Part shown: one piece after another, positions 53,140 through 64,000 of the stretch
How positions within the stretch are numbered: the stretch's first letter is position 1
Layout: each line of letters begins with the position of its first letter
Assembly (NCBI GenBank): GCA_976226885.1
Contig: OZ320316.1
Coordinates: forward strand, 88,970,001-89,034,000
Source: Iphione sp. A-MEVVRFRX5
Lineage: Eukaryota
Length of the DNA stretch: 64,000 nt
Reading direction: 5' to 3'
Program-made: the position numbers and the translations under genes
The notes under the pieces: generated by a model
Told to the model about the DNA's origin: nothing
The model's database searches: none
What the model saw: the letters and a program-made list of their open reading frames with translations, nothing else

Positions 53140-54448
53140 TTTTAACAACAGTTGAACAATGCGCAAGTGAGCCTGCTAAACTTTTCAGCTCTTTCTTAGA
53201 CATTTCATCCTTCTCTTGGGCATGCTCAATTTTACATTTCATTTCCTCAAGTTTACCTTCTGGTAATTTTAACTGCATATCAGATGAGTCGATCAAAATA
53301 CCCAAGAATTTACATTCTTTACTGGGGGAGGAACACTTTTCACTTGACACGTCAAAACCTATCACTCTGATGATGTCAATTAACTTCTGCTGGAACATCA
53401 AGCATTTGTCATAGCTTTTACCAAGGACAACAAAGTCATCGAGGTAATTAAAAATCCTACCTCCACATTGATATGAAAATTCATCAACGATGTAATTTGA
53501 GATCTGGCTAAAAATGTAAGGGACACATTTTAATCCAAAACATAGCGAGTTGTTCACATAAAATTTTTTCTTCTCCCCTTCCATTTCCCAGCCAAATCCT
53601 TGAAATTCTCTGTGTTCAGGACTTACTAAAACAGACCTATAAGCGTTCCTGATGTCACAGGTTGCTAACCAGTCATTTTCATTCAACATCACACAGACAT
53701 CATCCACCGATTTATAGCTGAACTCTCGGTGAGTAGTTGACATGAAGTTATTAATAGCCGACTTACCAGGCATTGAACAGTCTGTTATAGGCCTGAGTTT
53801 TCCATTACTTTTTAACACACCTCCTAAAGCATTAACACAGCGGGGTGGTTCTCTACATTCGGTAATATAACCACATTCAAGTTCACTGTTTACTTTTTCA
53901 TCCATTTGTGGCTTGAATTCCTCTGTGAGGATTGAATTATAATTTTCGCATCTGTACGTAGTCTCACAACCGACATCAACAATATCAAATCCTTCACTTA
54001 GGCCCTTCCGCAAAAATAATACTTCATCATCACTCAGCCTTGAATGACATAGCATAACAAAATTACGGCAGATTTTTAACGGTGTTTTTGCTCCACCAAT
54101 TTCTTGCTCGCAATTACAAGACCCTGAAACACATGTCTCATACACAGGAAAAGACTTTTTCCCACCATAACTTACAGCTAAACAACAAGCTGTTACATCA
54201 TCGTCATCACTAATTTTAACAAAACTCATCACCTCGCATACCTGAAACGGCATGTTGTCAAAAACAGCGTCATAACGATTATCACAGTTTTCAAATGACT
54301 CCGCCAGACTCTGCAAACTAGAAGTTTGATTATCATCATTATTCTTGGAACACTCATCATTAACATAGGTAGTCTCAGAAAATGCATCATTATCTGAAAA
54401 CTCACATATCCCTGTGTAAGTGTCCTTATTTCCTTGCGGAACAGCTAG
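53140..54448 (-). CDS. Reverse transcriptase frame of the retrotransposon (in frame with ORF1, begins immediately after the ORF1 stop)
   Basis: LKSNGKLRPITDCS, DIRNAYRSV, LCFGLKCVPYIF, NYLDDF, FLGILIDS. I read the frame codon by codon: it is open from 54448 to the frameshift at about 53140, and the first in-frame ATG is at 54253. Confidence 0.9.
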
Positions 54449-55282
54449 TCATTCCTTCTTCGACGAACTTTTCGTCTTGTTTGAGTCGCCACCTGACGAT
54501 TTAATGCTGTAACACTCAGTAGACCTATGCCCCACCTTGAGGCAATTCTGGCAGGCATGACGAAAACGACATGAATTGTCGTCACATAAACCGTTGTTAA
54601 ATTTAAAGCAGACTCCAGCATTCTTCTTAGCCTTCTTTTTCTGGTCTTTCTGTCTCGCCACATCCAAGGTTGCATCCAGACTCAAGAACCTGTGGACGTT
54701 CACTGTGTCACCGTAAGTAAAACTCTGCAGACCTTCCTCCTTTGCTTTGCACCTGACTTCTCTGTCGTATGATATCAAAGAGTCACTTGTATAAATCTTG
54801 GTTGATGCCCTATCAGCTATAAAGCTCACATGATCAACATATCCTGAACAGTCCAAATCCTTACTCATCATTTTCTTCAAGAGACCCAATGAACCAACCA
54901 TCAGGTCCTCAAATGACTGGACTTTACCGCCCTTCACATAAGCAGAGATGGAAAATTTTCCAGACTTATTACCTCTGCTGGTCTTCTTCCTTCTCTCCTT
55001 CATATCCTCTTCGTCTGAGCTCTGGGACGACTCCTCATCATCTGAGAACGAGCTGTCATCATCTTCCACCTTGCTCTTCTCCTTGGCACTGGGAGGCTTC
55101 GACGACAATAAAACCTCCAGCATAGATTCAATCTTCTCGAATCTCTTCTCAATATGTTCGTCTCTGGGATCAATTCCTCCAGTTGAGTCATCCTTGCTCT
55201 TCTCATTGGACTGAGTCCTAGTACAATTTTTTCCAACAGGAGAAACATGCTTAATTTGGCATTTCTTACAATATTTCTCCAT
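54449..55282 (-). CDS. Gag-like ORF1 (277 aa) of the retrotransposon
   Basis: Kozak-context start ctaaccATGg at 55282. N-terminal C-x2-C-x3-H-x7-C, acidic/serine linker, and C-terminal CFKFNNGLCDDNSCRFRH plus a CQNCLKVGHRSTEC zinc knuckle. Confidence 0.9.
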   Translation of the reverse strand: MEKYCKKCQIKHVSPVGKNCTRTQSNEKSKDDSTGGIDPRDEHIEKRFEKIESMLEVLLSSKPPSAKEKSKVEDDDSSFSDDEESSQSSDEEDMKERRKKTSRGNKSGKFSISAYVKGGKVQSFEDLMVGSLGLLKKMMSKDLDCSGYVDHVSFIADRASTKIYTSDSLISYDREVRCKAKEEGLQSFTYGDTVNVHRFLSLDATLDVARQKDQKKKAKKNAGVCFKFNNGLCDDNSCRFRHACQNCLKVGHRSTECYSIKSSGGDSNKTKSSSKKE

Positions 55283-55305
55283 GGTTAGTGAGAACACGTC
55301 TCCAC

Positions 55306-55430
55306 AAGTCAAAAATTGTGCTGAAGTGTCGTTATAGAAGCATATCCATGGTGTGGTATATATGTAACCAGGCAACAGATAACAATCGTTTTGGGACATA
55401 TATAAATATAATCCTTATATTAATACATAT
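55306..55430 (-). repeat. Split direct repeat A1 (125 bp), 5' terminus of the element
   Basis: 96% identical to 51362-51486. Confidence 0.95.
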
Positions 55431-58400
55431 ATTTCTACCATCATTTGTTGTAAAGGTTTCAAAATAATACAAAACTAAAACGTAACAATTGGCTGTACTG
55501 TAGGCTTAATATAATGAATTGTGAAAGAAAACAGTCTTACCGAAGAAACCCCCATCGGAACTTTGCTATAGGGAAATCAAACATCTGTGAATGATGGTTT
55601 AAATGCAAAAACGCCATTCTTTCAGGTGAACCTCTGTTTAGAGGAACATGAATTCTTATAATTTGTATCCAGTTGCTAGGTAAGCAGTCTTATGATCACA
55701 TGGGAACTCAAAAACCTTGTACGTTTATAAGGTTGATATATGTATATGCTTATGACTGATTCCACCAATAGATGTATGAGTTGTATTCTCCAGGACTGCT
55801 GCATAAGAAACAGAAAAGCTACAGAAACGAATTGTTTTATAATAAAAACAAATTTAGAATCAGACTCCTGATGTCCCCCAGAACCAGCCACACAAAAATG
55901 TTTTAAAATATCAAATTAAGACTGTACTTTCACTGAAAAGAGGCAGTCACGGAGAATACGTACTGCTGGTATAACTATTTGTGGAAGCAGTCATATATGT
56001 ACAGGTGGTATTTGTACAAACATATAAAATCAGTCATATTATTCCGATATATCTAATTATATGATAGAATTATTACATTGCTTTTCCCAATGATAAAAGA
56101 CTGTCCTTTCTCACTCTGCTTCATGAAACATTACTAGGAAAAACATTTAAAATTCTTTTCACGAAAAAGAATATGTTATTCTTTCAACCAGTCATGATTA
56201 CATATAACCTGTGGTGATATCCCATACTACCACATATAAGCATCAGTCATATCCATGCTGCTGCTGATGCACCTTCTTGGCATGAAGTATGCATACTTAC
56301 ACATCGTTAAAAATGTCTTCCCTGTTAAACGGATATCGATTTCAATTTACTAGCATGAATGATCACTTAGACATGACAAGATAATATCACATAAGTTTAT
56401 CCAAATCGATTACATGTTGCGATAGGCAGACCTTTGTGTTGAATAGCAGAAGCGTTTTGACTACTGAACAAGATATCACGAAATCGCATCTTGTGGAACA
56501 TTCTTCCTGAACATATACACCCATTGTGTATAATACTAGTGATCAGCAATAGCCAATGATCGATGGGCATATTATAGATTACTATATGATATAGTTATGT
56601 AAGTACCTGGTAGGACGTTTTGGAGTTGATAGCATCATCTGTCGAGCGTTTTTGTGAACATTCTGTTTGCAGAATTCTACCCTTTTTCGGGTCTCCTCAG
56701 GTACAAAATATGCGTTCTCTTGAGACCAGACGTAGAGGAAGAATTAGGCATATTATCTGGTTGATGAGATGACAGTCAATGTTTAATGCCTCAAACATAT
56801 TCTTACACTAATGTAGATAAGTGACACTACTGATGGAACGTTTAATAAGCAATGGCAATTGTTGGCCACAAAGTACAAAATGTATCTGTTCCTGGACTAA
56901 AAAGTATGTGAAGCTGGTATGTACTATTACATATTGTGGGTTACTCTATCAATGGCAGTCACAATATTCTTGTGTTTCAATTCTCCCCGTGTTTGTATCG
57001 CTGAAGAACACAGTGGTACTATGAAGAATCACTGGATGCATACTGCTGGGAGGAAAGTTTTCGTTTATCCTCCTTTTCCGTGAGTAGAAAAATAACTATG
57101 GACTTAATATCACTGTATGCGATGGTTCACCCATTATTTATGTCTATATTTGATTATGGTGCTTCCTCTATATACTCCTTATAGTCTCGGACATACTCGG
57201 CCAGTTGGTCAGTTGGGATACTTTGTCATTATGTACAACGAAACGCGTGGCCAGCACGATTGGTCGTGTAAAATGATATACCCAATCAGCATGATTTGTC
57301 GTATCAGTATGAGATACATCCCTAACGTGGTACAATTATTCACTTTGCGCGGTAACATAGGCAGTCAACTGTCATTTGTAATATGTTTCTTCCCTAGTAT
57401 CTTACAGCATATATAGCCCTGACTCCCTCGTGCCCATCTTTTATCTCTATGTCGTTTTCTGAACATCATGATATACGCGGAAGTGCTGTTAAGCAATTGT
57501 GTTTGTTGAGTACAGTAACCTTTGAGATGTATGAATTCGTCGCGTCATCAGAGACCTGCTACGAGTTCATTCCACATCAGTGAATCACCTAGTAGCACAA
57601 AGCCAACACCACAAGTCAGGTTCAATATCAGCCTTTTATTCTTTAACACTGTTTTAAGTCTAGTTTCATTCAACACTGAAGAACTGAATGAGGGAACACA
57701 AGTTCCTGTGAGACAATTTTTTCATCCAGTACCTTTACTTTACAGTAGGCTTTACTTTAGTATTTCTATCTATACACTGTACATAACATAATGTCATACC
57801 AATACTGCTTGCACTAGAGCATAACTTTCGGTGATTTATACATTGGTTTAAACGTTATACAATATTACCCTGTTTAAGAGCATTGTTTCTATCAACACAT
57901 CATCACCTTTATTCGAATTGTGTTACAACCAGTCAAGTTACTTTTTTTGGGTATGGCACCAGAATCGTGATATGAAATAAATTCATGAATGAAATGCTTG
58001 ATATAACTTTGATGTCAACCCCTCCAGCATACCCGATGCTAGGGATCACTCCATTCATCATCACTAGGGAAATCAAGTCCAGGTAAGAGCAATTTTGTAA
58101 AGCGGATATGTCATCAACACCAGTCATATGTCCCACCATGCCATTTTGACGTAAACTTTTGACATGTTTCTTTGTAATATTTCGTGCTCCCGCAGGGAAG
58201 GTTAGGATGCAGCGGGAGGTAAGCTCTCTGTATGGGGTGAACTCTTGTACCTCATGACGGCCGCATAAGGACGTACGAAGCCATCCAGGATAACAAGGGT
58301 TCCCTTCATCACTGACCTTGTGCCTCTGGATCCAAGCCGCTTGTGTGTTTTTCCTTCACAGCCTACCAGTGGAAGGATTGCCTTCCACAATATACATGCT

Positions 58401-61400
58401 TTCGTTCAATCAACGTTTCAGTGCTACGAGCAGTGATACTAGTATGAGGACCCATGGGGTCAGTGTCATCTTCCCTTGGCTCATGTCGTGTGCGGCTGAT
58501 GAAGGCTGCGTGTGACACTACAATTTCATCTCACGAGTCCCAGACAACCACCTGTTAGCAAAGGGTTATGAAGTAATCACATGCTTCTGAGAGGGAAGGT
58601 GCTTGTAGTATTACTGGTGGCAGCAATGTTGGGGTGTCTTAGCAATGGAAGTGGCATAGTCATGGTTAATGTCGTCCATAGCCTGCATCCGGTCCCACCA
58701 GAGGGAGGGATACATTGCATCCTGCTGCGGGTTTGTTCTTGTTATGGCTCTTTCATATCTCTTTCATATTGAAAGGATGTGACGTACAACAACGGTCGGA
58801 TATATGCCTCTGGTGCCTTTAGTTCATGTGTCTTGATTACTTCCTTCTGCACAACCTAAAAGACATACATTTGGTCACAATGAGTTCCGTTCAGAACATG
58901 TATTTGAATTGCTTGAATTTGAAGTGGCATTAAAACAATGTTCACGGGAAAAAATCATTTGACTTTTTTTGCTAAACAGTTCCACTAAGAATATCAATTG
59001 ATCGAATCCATAAAAATTGAATATTTACGCTTATATCGTATGCACCGTAGAAAGTGGCGTGTAAAGCGGCCTGTCAGTCATATAAAATGTTATTGCAAAA
59101 CAACCCATTCGTCCAAAATTGTCATGTTATGAGGTATCACAATAATATTATTGTCATGTATGACCCTCTGTCTTCAATGTAGATGTTGCAGTTGACTTGT
59201 CAGATTTCATTTCTTAAGTATTCCAGGTCGTCTGCTTGCTACTTACATACCCTAATGGAAGTATCATCTTTGGATTAGCCTTCACCTGCGATACATGCAT
59301 ACATCTATTAGCTAAATTGCAATGTTAGATATCAGTTGCACTGGTCCTGGAAGATCGAACACATCAACAGCGGTCTCATGTGACACTTCAGAACTGACCA
59401 TTAGGTACGTAAAGTCTAATTTATTCAGTCGGGATAGATACGTGCCCTAGATGTACACAGTACATAAAATCATGGGTGAAATAGAGTTTTCTTTCAATAT
59501 CTTTTCTGTTCGTATTTTATTCATTTTATTTCCTTCATGAATTCCTGCTTAATGTTTGAATGTTTTTATATACGACCAATCTTGTTACACAATGTTTTTT
59601 TATGGTGGCCAAGTGCAACGAGAATAGTAATGAAGTGTAAAGTTGAAATAGATGTCTGAGACAGCTGACAACAAATCAATTTGGCAAGTAGTGGTACATA
59701 CAAATTTTGAGTCGGTATACAGAAGTATCTCATGCAAGTTCCCCTGTTCCAACCTGTATAACAAAAGCAGATTCTTCTGCATCAACATGGGGTAGCGTAT
59801 GCGATCTAATCTATTCCACGCTCTAGTTTTGTTGTTGTTTAAGATACAGCCAGGCTAATTTTCAAAAGGTATTCTAGGAGTTATCCTCCTCCTGATGCCA
59901 AGTAAGTTATGAGATACTACTGACATAGTGGGCTGTCGAGGCCGCATTCTTTAAGTCGGTACATTTTTATGCAAGAAGGAAATACGTTAATAAACAATAA
60001 CTGTGCAAGTGCGAAATTGACAGACTTGTAAATATAGGTGATGTACGTACTAAATACATCTGCTACTCATCAGGTATTTTCTTGACGTTCGCGCAGAATT
60101 GTTCAAGATACAAGATAGTATCGAGTACCATGGTTAGGGCTCATATTTCAGGTATTGAAATTGCAGTGTTGTCTCATCTCATGCTTACCTGAATTCCACT
60201 AAACAATGTTAAATGTTCAACACTAATTTTACCTGAACTGTATAATCAACATGTTACACACTGTTGCCTGAATGCTTTTTCTAACCTACCGAACCACAAT
60301 GTTCTAGACATGTTTCATTCTAATGTTGCCAAAACGTAATGTTACTTGGAAGTTATGATAGAACTTTTACACGACATTATATGAATGGGATTTTTTCTAA
60401 GCTAACGAAACCGCAATATGTTATAAATATTTGGGATAGTCCATGGAATATTTACATAAAGTGGGTTCTACCCGCATTGGCTCAAGAGTAGACTGATAGG
60501 CGAATGAAAACGTCAGGAAAAATGTACTTAAAGTACGTATCAACAGTGGAGTTGCAAACTGTAAATTGGTAAGAATCGCATTAATACCAATGCGACCAAC
60601 CAATGGCAATATTCAGTTATTAGGCTGCTCCATAGCTAAATGGCGAACGTATACAGTAAATGAATACAAACGTGTCATAAATCAATCATCATCCCATAAC
60701 GTGATAAGCCCCAAGATATCTACAGATCTCTCCAGCTACCCGTCCAAGAAAGTGGCTCGAAAAATTCGCAGCGTTGATGGGGATGTGACTGTCACCCCTG
60801 TCGATAAAGAGTTGGTATAACCGTAGACGACTCCTTCTTCGATCGGGAGACCGTCTATCCAAAGGAGGCATGTCCTTTAGGTGCGCATGTCTGATGCAGC
60901 ATTCAAATAAAGAATGTCTAGTTTTGGATCTGACAACAAACATAAACGTTTGGCAAAATGTCGAAAGTGATAACTTTTGTATTTTAGACACAGTATCACG
61001 ATATTTTCAGTCACATACCTGACTTCATACTCTTCCAGCCTTTTGCAGTAACACTAGACAACGCATACACATGAAATATGAAAGCAGGCTATGGACACGA
61101 ACCAGATATTTCTCTCCTGGGTCACCCACGCAATGTAGTAACAATGCAGCATCATTAATACGGGTATTTAAAAATTAAAAAAATTGACATGATATGACAC
61201 TTGTACCAAGATAAAGGCGGGTTAAACAAAATATGGTATGCATATAAAAATTAGTAGAATATCTCATGTTCAATAGAATGTCACGCAAGAATAGTTACTC
61301 CATAATGACTAATGGCGCCTTTATTATTTAAAGCGTTCTGATCTTGGTTACAACACCAACATGAAACTATGAAGCGTTTATGCTTTCGTTTCAGCCCAGA

Positions 61401-62204
61401 ATATCTAATCATGCGAAACAGCGCTGCTTGCATAGCAGTTATAGTATGACGGAATGAAATACTGCAGAGTTATTGTAACCTCGAACAGTTTTGGGAGATA
61501 AGCAGCATGCATTGTTAATTTAAACAACATTTGTTCGGGCGTCATTAAAACAACACTTTCCTTTCATGTATATGACTCTTTAATTTCCATGCAAATCCGC
61601 TGCCTGATTATGCATTCAAAAGAGTATTAAAAAGAAGGGTTTACACAAATGCGTCCACAATCGCTATAAGGTGCACTTGATTCAGTTAAATCCCACCGTG
61701 AATGTGTAACAAAAGGTCCTAGCGATCTAATTAACCGAAAGTCCAAAGTATTAATTTTCATTATAGGTTCTCGGTTTTGTAGTGTTCAGTATGTGTTTGT
61801 GGATGCTTAAGAGCCGAAATTATACCGGAATATTTTAAAGTGAAATGATTCACCTCTTCCTTTCTCACCATATTTTGTTGGATTAAATATTCAGTGGTAC
61901 CCATGACGCTGCCCAGAGTAAAAATCCATATTGAGCATACATGCTTAAAGTAGTTAAGACATGCTTCAACCACTTCATGCATTCTTAAAGTAGGTCAGAC
62001 AATTGTCTGATCTTGATATATGAATATTGTCATCAATCCTAGCATTTTCGGCATGAAGTATATATATACATTGTATATGTACATATACACACATTAATAT
62101 CAATCATGTGTTTGTTTCGTTCAGTGAATTTAGGGCCGCTGATAGTATCTAGGAAAATCAATTACGAAATTATGCTATCTGCTGGAAGCACTTCTACCCA
62201 CTAA

Positions 62205-62514
62205 GGCCCTGTTCACATGCATCCTGATTTTTACGGACCGCACCCGGACATGGGGACAGAATTTCTCCCAGCCTGGTCTTATCATTATACCCATTCACAT
62301 ACATACAGATGTTTCCGTGTCTGCACACGGGTGCAGGTTTTCTATCCATTGAGCATGGAAAAATCCAGACCTAGACACGGATTTCCATAGAATGCAATGT
62401 TAAATAGACATATACTACCCTTGTGGAAGCAATTAACAACCCTCTCGGCAGGGAGTATTATCCGCACACGCATCCAGGGATGGATTTTTCATGCAGTTAT
62501 ATGTGAACAGAGCC
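62205..62514. mobile_element. PIF/Harbinger-like MITE, 310 bp
   Basis: TAA|GGCCCTGTTCACAT ... ATGTGAACAGAGCC|TTA. The 14-bp TIR has 1 mismatch and TWA-type flanks. Internal inverted repeats include tccgtgtct/agacacgga and catggaaaaatcc/ggatttttcatg. Confidence 0.75.
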
Positions 62515-63038
62515 TTAGCCTGGTACATTACCTGTTCAAATACATGTACACTCCCTTTATAAATTTGTATGAGTCCTAGAGTTCTTTTGTCACCTATGTG
62601 ATAGGAAAGAATTATAATTTTAGTATACATACTTGCTGCTAAAAAAAACATCGTACAAAAAAGCGATAATTGGATAGTTCATTAAAGATATTTGTAAATA
62701 CAGTATATCACGAAAAAAATCTAAAAATAACTGAAAGTTTTTCTTCCTTTGTTATTTATATACATGGACTAAGATTCTAGCCAGATGCTAACAGTTTTAT
62801 TCTCTGAATTGAATTAACTTAATATTTTGATAATTCAGTCAGTGTTATTCTTTCATGATTTTATGAAACTATAGGTGCATATTTGCAGACAAACACGTCA
62901 GGAGTTCACGTGGACAAGCATTTCTGAATGTTAAGGGAGCAGATATTCATGCAGCTAGTTTCGAAGAATACGTAGTCGGGCTAAAACAGTGATCGTTGCT
63001 GAAAAGGCTCAGTGCTGCCATGTGAAATGGGTTAGGCT

Positions 63039-63040
<2 letters not shown>

Positions 63041-63104
<64 letters not shown>
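63041..63104. repeat. (TC)32 microsatellite
   Basis: Direct reading. Confidence 0.97.
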
Positions 63105-63107
<3 letters not shown>

Positions 63108-64000
63108 TACTTGCGTTATGAAACAAGCTCGCTGTGCGCACTTAGCTTGGGGCATCAGGCCTCTCGTAGCTGATCACGAGAGCACGGATATTGATGCTAC
63201 TGGTGACTCTGCGAAAAAGGTGAGGGGCCGCTTTCATCCTTAGAATTTAACCTTCTGAGGTCGATGCAGCACGAAAAGATGTGCTGTAGTAAGCTCATAT
63301 TTAGTGTGTTGCATGTCTTCGATTACGCATACAAGAGAAAGCTGCCAGTAGTGCACGACGAAATCCGCCCTGTATTGTGCTGCCTTCAAGGCACCGTAGA
63401 AACAATGCACGGTGGAGGGTCTGTCCCTTTATGAATAGATGACGACAGCTAAGTTCCTATTTGTTCAGCTGCCATGTTCTATGGAGGGAGATCCAGAAAT
63501 GTCAGTGGCTGAGATGGCAGTAGAGAGATTGGAGGAAGATAGTGTGGCAGGAGGGGCCGAAAGCTGAAATATAAGGCAATCCACGATGAGATTTGGTCCC
63601 CAGGATTGTCAGGTTCAGGATTGTCAGCATCTGCTTAGTCCTATATATTTCTTCCACACTGAGCATTCTGGCTGAAGGTGATTTCCATCGAAAGAGCAAA
63701 GACAATGACAAGGAAAGAACCACTATATTGACTGCGTTTACTTGATTGTCATTCATTAACAAAATTGTCCAAGGTACCTTGTAATCTCGTTTAAAAATGT
63801 GGCATTTTTATGGCAAATGCTGTGTTATCGGTGACTGAAATTGCCCTCTGTGACTTTTCAAATCTGCTTTTTAATGAGACCAATATTTCTCATTAAGGGG
63901 TGGGGTCAACTTTCAGTAAAAACGTTCTGAGTTGTTCCTCTCAGTGCTGACTTCTGAAACAGACGCAGTGTGTCACCGTTGCGTTGATGTTCTGACACAC

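Larger units (their letters stand above)
51293..55430 (-). mobile_element. Near-intact tyrosine-recombinase retrotransposon (DIRS order, Ngaro/PAT-like split direct repeats), 4138 bp
   Basis: Gag-like, RT, RNaseH and YR ORFs in order on the minus strand, bounded by A1 ... B1-A2-(23 bp)-B2 repeats. ATAT is present at both ends and at the B1/A2 junction. Confidence 0.95.

Noticed and set aside
54426-54452. ATG overlapping the ORF1 stop (ATGA) as a termination-reinitiation start for RT
   Set aside because: That ATG is in a different frame from RT and ends after 8 codons (MTSCSARK-stop).
51362-55430. Treating the 125-bp A repeats as ordinary LTRs
   Set aside because: There is no DDE integrase and no TG...CA ends, and the extra B1/B2 repeats flank A2, which gives split direct repeats instead.
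46108-56848. Exact 18-mer tgatggaacgtttaataa shared by 46108-46125 and 56831-56848
   Set aside because: The flanks do not extend the match, and one such hit in 64 kb of AT-rich DNA is not far from chance.
62947-63243. ORFs with ERERER / SLSLSL runs (also 14059-14352)
   Set aside because: These are translations of (TC)n microsatellites.
1-64000. CRISPR arrays, rRNA genes, operons
   Set aside because: There are no regularly spaced repeat-spacer units and no rRNA signatures; the sequence is eukaryotic. Most 60-100 aa ORFs in the track are antisense shadows or chance ORFs.

Overview
Eukaryotic (animal) genomic DNA. Composition, gene content and repeat types suggest an invertebrate deuterostome such as amphioxus; this is inference only. 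The left half (1-32907, + strand) is the 3' part of a delta-type non-clustered protocadherin gene. It includes the end of the large ectodomain/TM exon, a 222-nt phase-0/0 candidate cassette exon, a CM1-like exon and a terminal exon carrying a WIRS-like motif and a PDZ-type C-terminus, with signs of further short isoforms. At 47769-49115 (-) is a 448-codon uninterrupted ORF for an uncharacterised coiled-coil protein with repeated RPxTA motifs. At 51293-55430 (-) is a nearly intact 4.1-kb tyrosine-recombinase retrotransposon (DIRS order, Ngaro/PAT-type split direct repeats A1-ORFs-B1-A2-B2). The most striking observation is in this element: gag-like ORF1 and the RT frame are in the same reading frame, separated by one stop in the context UGA-CUAG. 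That is a known efficient readthrough context, and here it is followed by a GNRA-capped hairpin, suggesting Gag-Pol synthesis by stop-codon readthrough. The rest is intron/intergenic DNA with decayed LINEs, two older YR-retrotransposon relics, MITEs and simple repeats. There are no rRNA, tRNA or CRISPR features that I can support.
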